A stretch of DNA of 63,813 nt, counting the filler, from Welwitschia mirabilis (lineage: Eukaryota), in assembly GCA_051453625.1 (NCBI GenBank). It is 6 parts of one record of this genome, joined end to end, with 100 filler letters (N's around TTAATTAATTAA, not from the genome) between each part and the next. Parts side by side here need not be neighbours in the genome. Positions count along the whole stretch, not along the records: positions 61,695 to 63,813 come from JBOZIK010000001.1; 5 more parts are not named here. The stretch is one strand, 5' to 3'. How positions within the stretch are numbered: the first letter of the stretch is position 1; every line of letters begins with the position of its first letter. The position numbers and the translations under genes are program-made. The notes below the pieces were generated by a model. That model was given only the letters and a program-made list of their open reading frames with translations. It did no database searches and was not told the origin of the DNA. This document shows, one piece after another, positions 61,695-63,813 of the stretch.

Positions 61695-62720
61695 ATTGAA
61701 AATGGTTTCAAGATAAATACATCAGATGTAACCTTATTTAGTAGAAAATATGGTAAATATTTTATTGTTGTTAAAATTTATTTCAATGATATTATTTTTG
61801 ATGCTTTTAATAAATCCTTGTACAAGAAATTTGCTAAGATAATATAGGATGAGTACAAAATAAGTCTCATGGAAGAGGTGAGTAATTTCTTGGGATTATA
61901 AGTTGTGCAACATAAGCAAAGTGTATTTATTTCAAAGGCTAGATATATAAAAAAATTTCTAGTCAAATATGGTTTATAGGGTTACAAACAAAAGGACATT
62001 TCCATGAATTAAAACACCAAATTGGATAAAGATGAAAATGGTAAGAAGGTGGATTAAAACCTTTATAGAGGTATGATTGGTAGTCTATTATATCTTACAG
62101 CTAGTAGATTAAATATTATGTTAAGTGTACTGATTTATGCATATTACTAAAGTAATCCTAGGAAATCACATCTCATAGCTGCCAAAATAATTTTTCATTG
62201 CTTAAAAATTACTACTAATTAGGGTTTTTGATATTCTAAGAACTCTTACCTTAATCTAGTAGGGTATTGTGATGCAAATTGGATAGGATGTAAAGATGAA
62301 AAAAGAAGCACAAGTGGAACACGCTTTGTACTTGGATAATGCCTAATTTCTTAGAGTAGTAAAAAGCAGAACTTAACTGCTCTATCAGCTACTACAACTG
62401 ATTACATTACTGCTGGAAGTTGTTGTACACAACTACTATGAATGAAGCAAATGCTAAAATACTTTGGACTCTCCATGAATAGCATACCTATTAATTATGA
62501 TAACAAGAGTACCATTAATATATCCAAGAATCCTATATAACACTCAAGAACCAAGCACATTGAAATTTAACATCACTTTCTTAGAGAATCTGTTCAAAAT
62601 AAAAATATTATAATGAAATATATTAGTGTAGATAATTAACTTACAGATGTGTTTACTAAATTTTTAAGTACTAAAAGATATGTGAAGTTGTATAGGAACT
62701 TGGAATTAGGCCTTACCCAA
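61695..62720 (+). pseudogene. pol: Copia RT C-terminus and RNase H remnant (a different copy from 60290-61077)
   Basis: KIYFNDIIF, LYRGMIGSLLYLTASR, GYCDANWIGCKDEKRSTSG, NPI*HSRTKHIEI and *LTDVFTK. Confidence 0.93.
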
Positions 62721-63813
62721 TCAGGTAAGTAAATAAGGAATATCATTTAAGATTCTCAACTCCTCATTATAATTATCTTATGATTTAAGATTATTGGTTA
62801 GATGTAGTTAAATTATGTTCTTCTTATTTACTTTTTTGAAGTGTTATCATTATGATTGTATTGCTCGTACATTTTTTCGATATTTCTGGAACTTTCATTA
62901 CTGATTTTAATGACTTGACTTTCGCACTTAAAAACTTCATCTAGCTCTAATACCAAATTGTAATATCTCAATTTTAGCCCAAAACTATGAATGTTACCTA
63001 ATGCGATTTTTGCAATACTTCTCATCACTATTATGTACTAGATTAAAATGTTTTCATGTTTTAAAACATAACTTAATCTAATAATAAAATCTTATTATAA
63101 GGAGGTAATTACCCATGATAATAACATGTTGAAAAATAAGTTAAATTATAAATAGCTTTAGAGGATTACAGGAGAATTTCAATGTTTATATATCATTTAC
63201 AGAAAAATTTAGAATCATAGTATTCTTTCATAGGTTGCAACTGCAAGTACATAAAGCATGAAATAGAAGAAAAGTATTCTATTCCATTAGCAATAAGCAC
63301 TTCTTTTTGTATGACTAAAATCCATGTCAATATCTAACCTGTACATATAATATGGTATGAAAATTTTGAAATTATCAGAATTCCTAGTATGATCCACGGT
63401 AAGGCTTAGGTGGAAAGGGGAAGTTTTCAAGGACAAGGAGGGGTTTCTCAAAGAAAATTGATATGTGATCAAAACAGATAAAAAATTTGATGCCAACAAT
63501 TCAAGATGTGTGTTAAACAATCCAAAGTGCACTACAAAATATACTCAACAACATTTTCAATTTATGTAGTTGTACATCTCCAGAGGGAATAATTTACCCA
63601 TTTGCTCTCTGGAGGAATTATTGAAATCCAAGCAATACACCTAGAGGGGGATAATTTTTACCCCTTTACTCACTATGGAAAAATATTATTTAGCCATTCA
63701 GATTATATTCCAACTACCAGTAAACAAATGGTCACGAGCTCAAAACATGATGGGAATGGTCAAGATAAAGAAGGCAAAACATGACATTCAAATCATGTAT
63801 AGAAACTACAAGC

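Noticed and set aside
1..63813. Host protein-coding gene, tRNA/rRNA gene or species assignment
   Set aside because: No exon-like or RNA-gene sequence was recognised. The PBS matches are only tRNA 3'-end complements. The species cannot be determined from the sequence by eye.

Overview
This is AT-rich plant nuclear DNA made almost entirely of nested, decayed LTR retrotransposons, typical of heterochromatin. I find no host gene, RNA gene or intact ORF. Two lineages dominate. (1) Ty3/Gypsy Athila-type elements have TGTTGC...GCAACA LTRs, a tRNA-Asp-type PBS (ancestral TGGCGCCGTTGCCGGGGA), two PPTs, and remnants of gag, protease, integrase and an env-like ORF. (2) Ty1/Copia Sirevirus-type elements have a tRNA-iMet PBS, ATTCACCCCCCTCTAG LTR ends, GTCGAC repeated motifs and multiple PPTs. 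Four insertions are bounded by target-site duplications: 2648-2944 (CGCCC), 10154-23365 (TAGTA/TAGTG, a three-LTR tandem), 12420-17228 (AATCT/CATCT) and 38548-46193 (CTCAT). The most interesting signals are a non-autonomous gag+protease-only Athila family sharing one pol deletion, an unidentified ORF remnant conserved at protein level in two pol-less Athila derivatives, and a ~200-bp potentially structured 3' module present seven times. The assembly is gappy, with N runs, TTAATTAATTAA linkers and duplicated contig ends, so some adjacencies and apparent deletions are uncertain. All alignments and translations were done by eye and internal boundaries are approximate. I cannot claim a novel biological system from this sequence alone.
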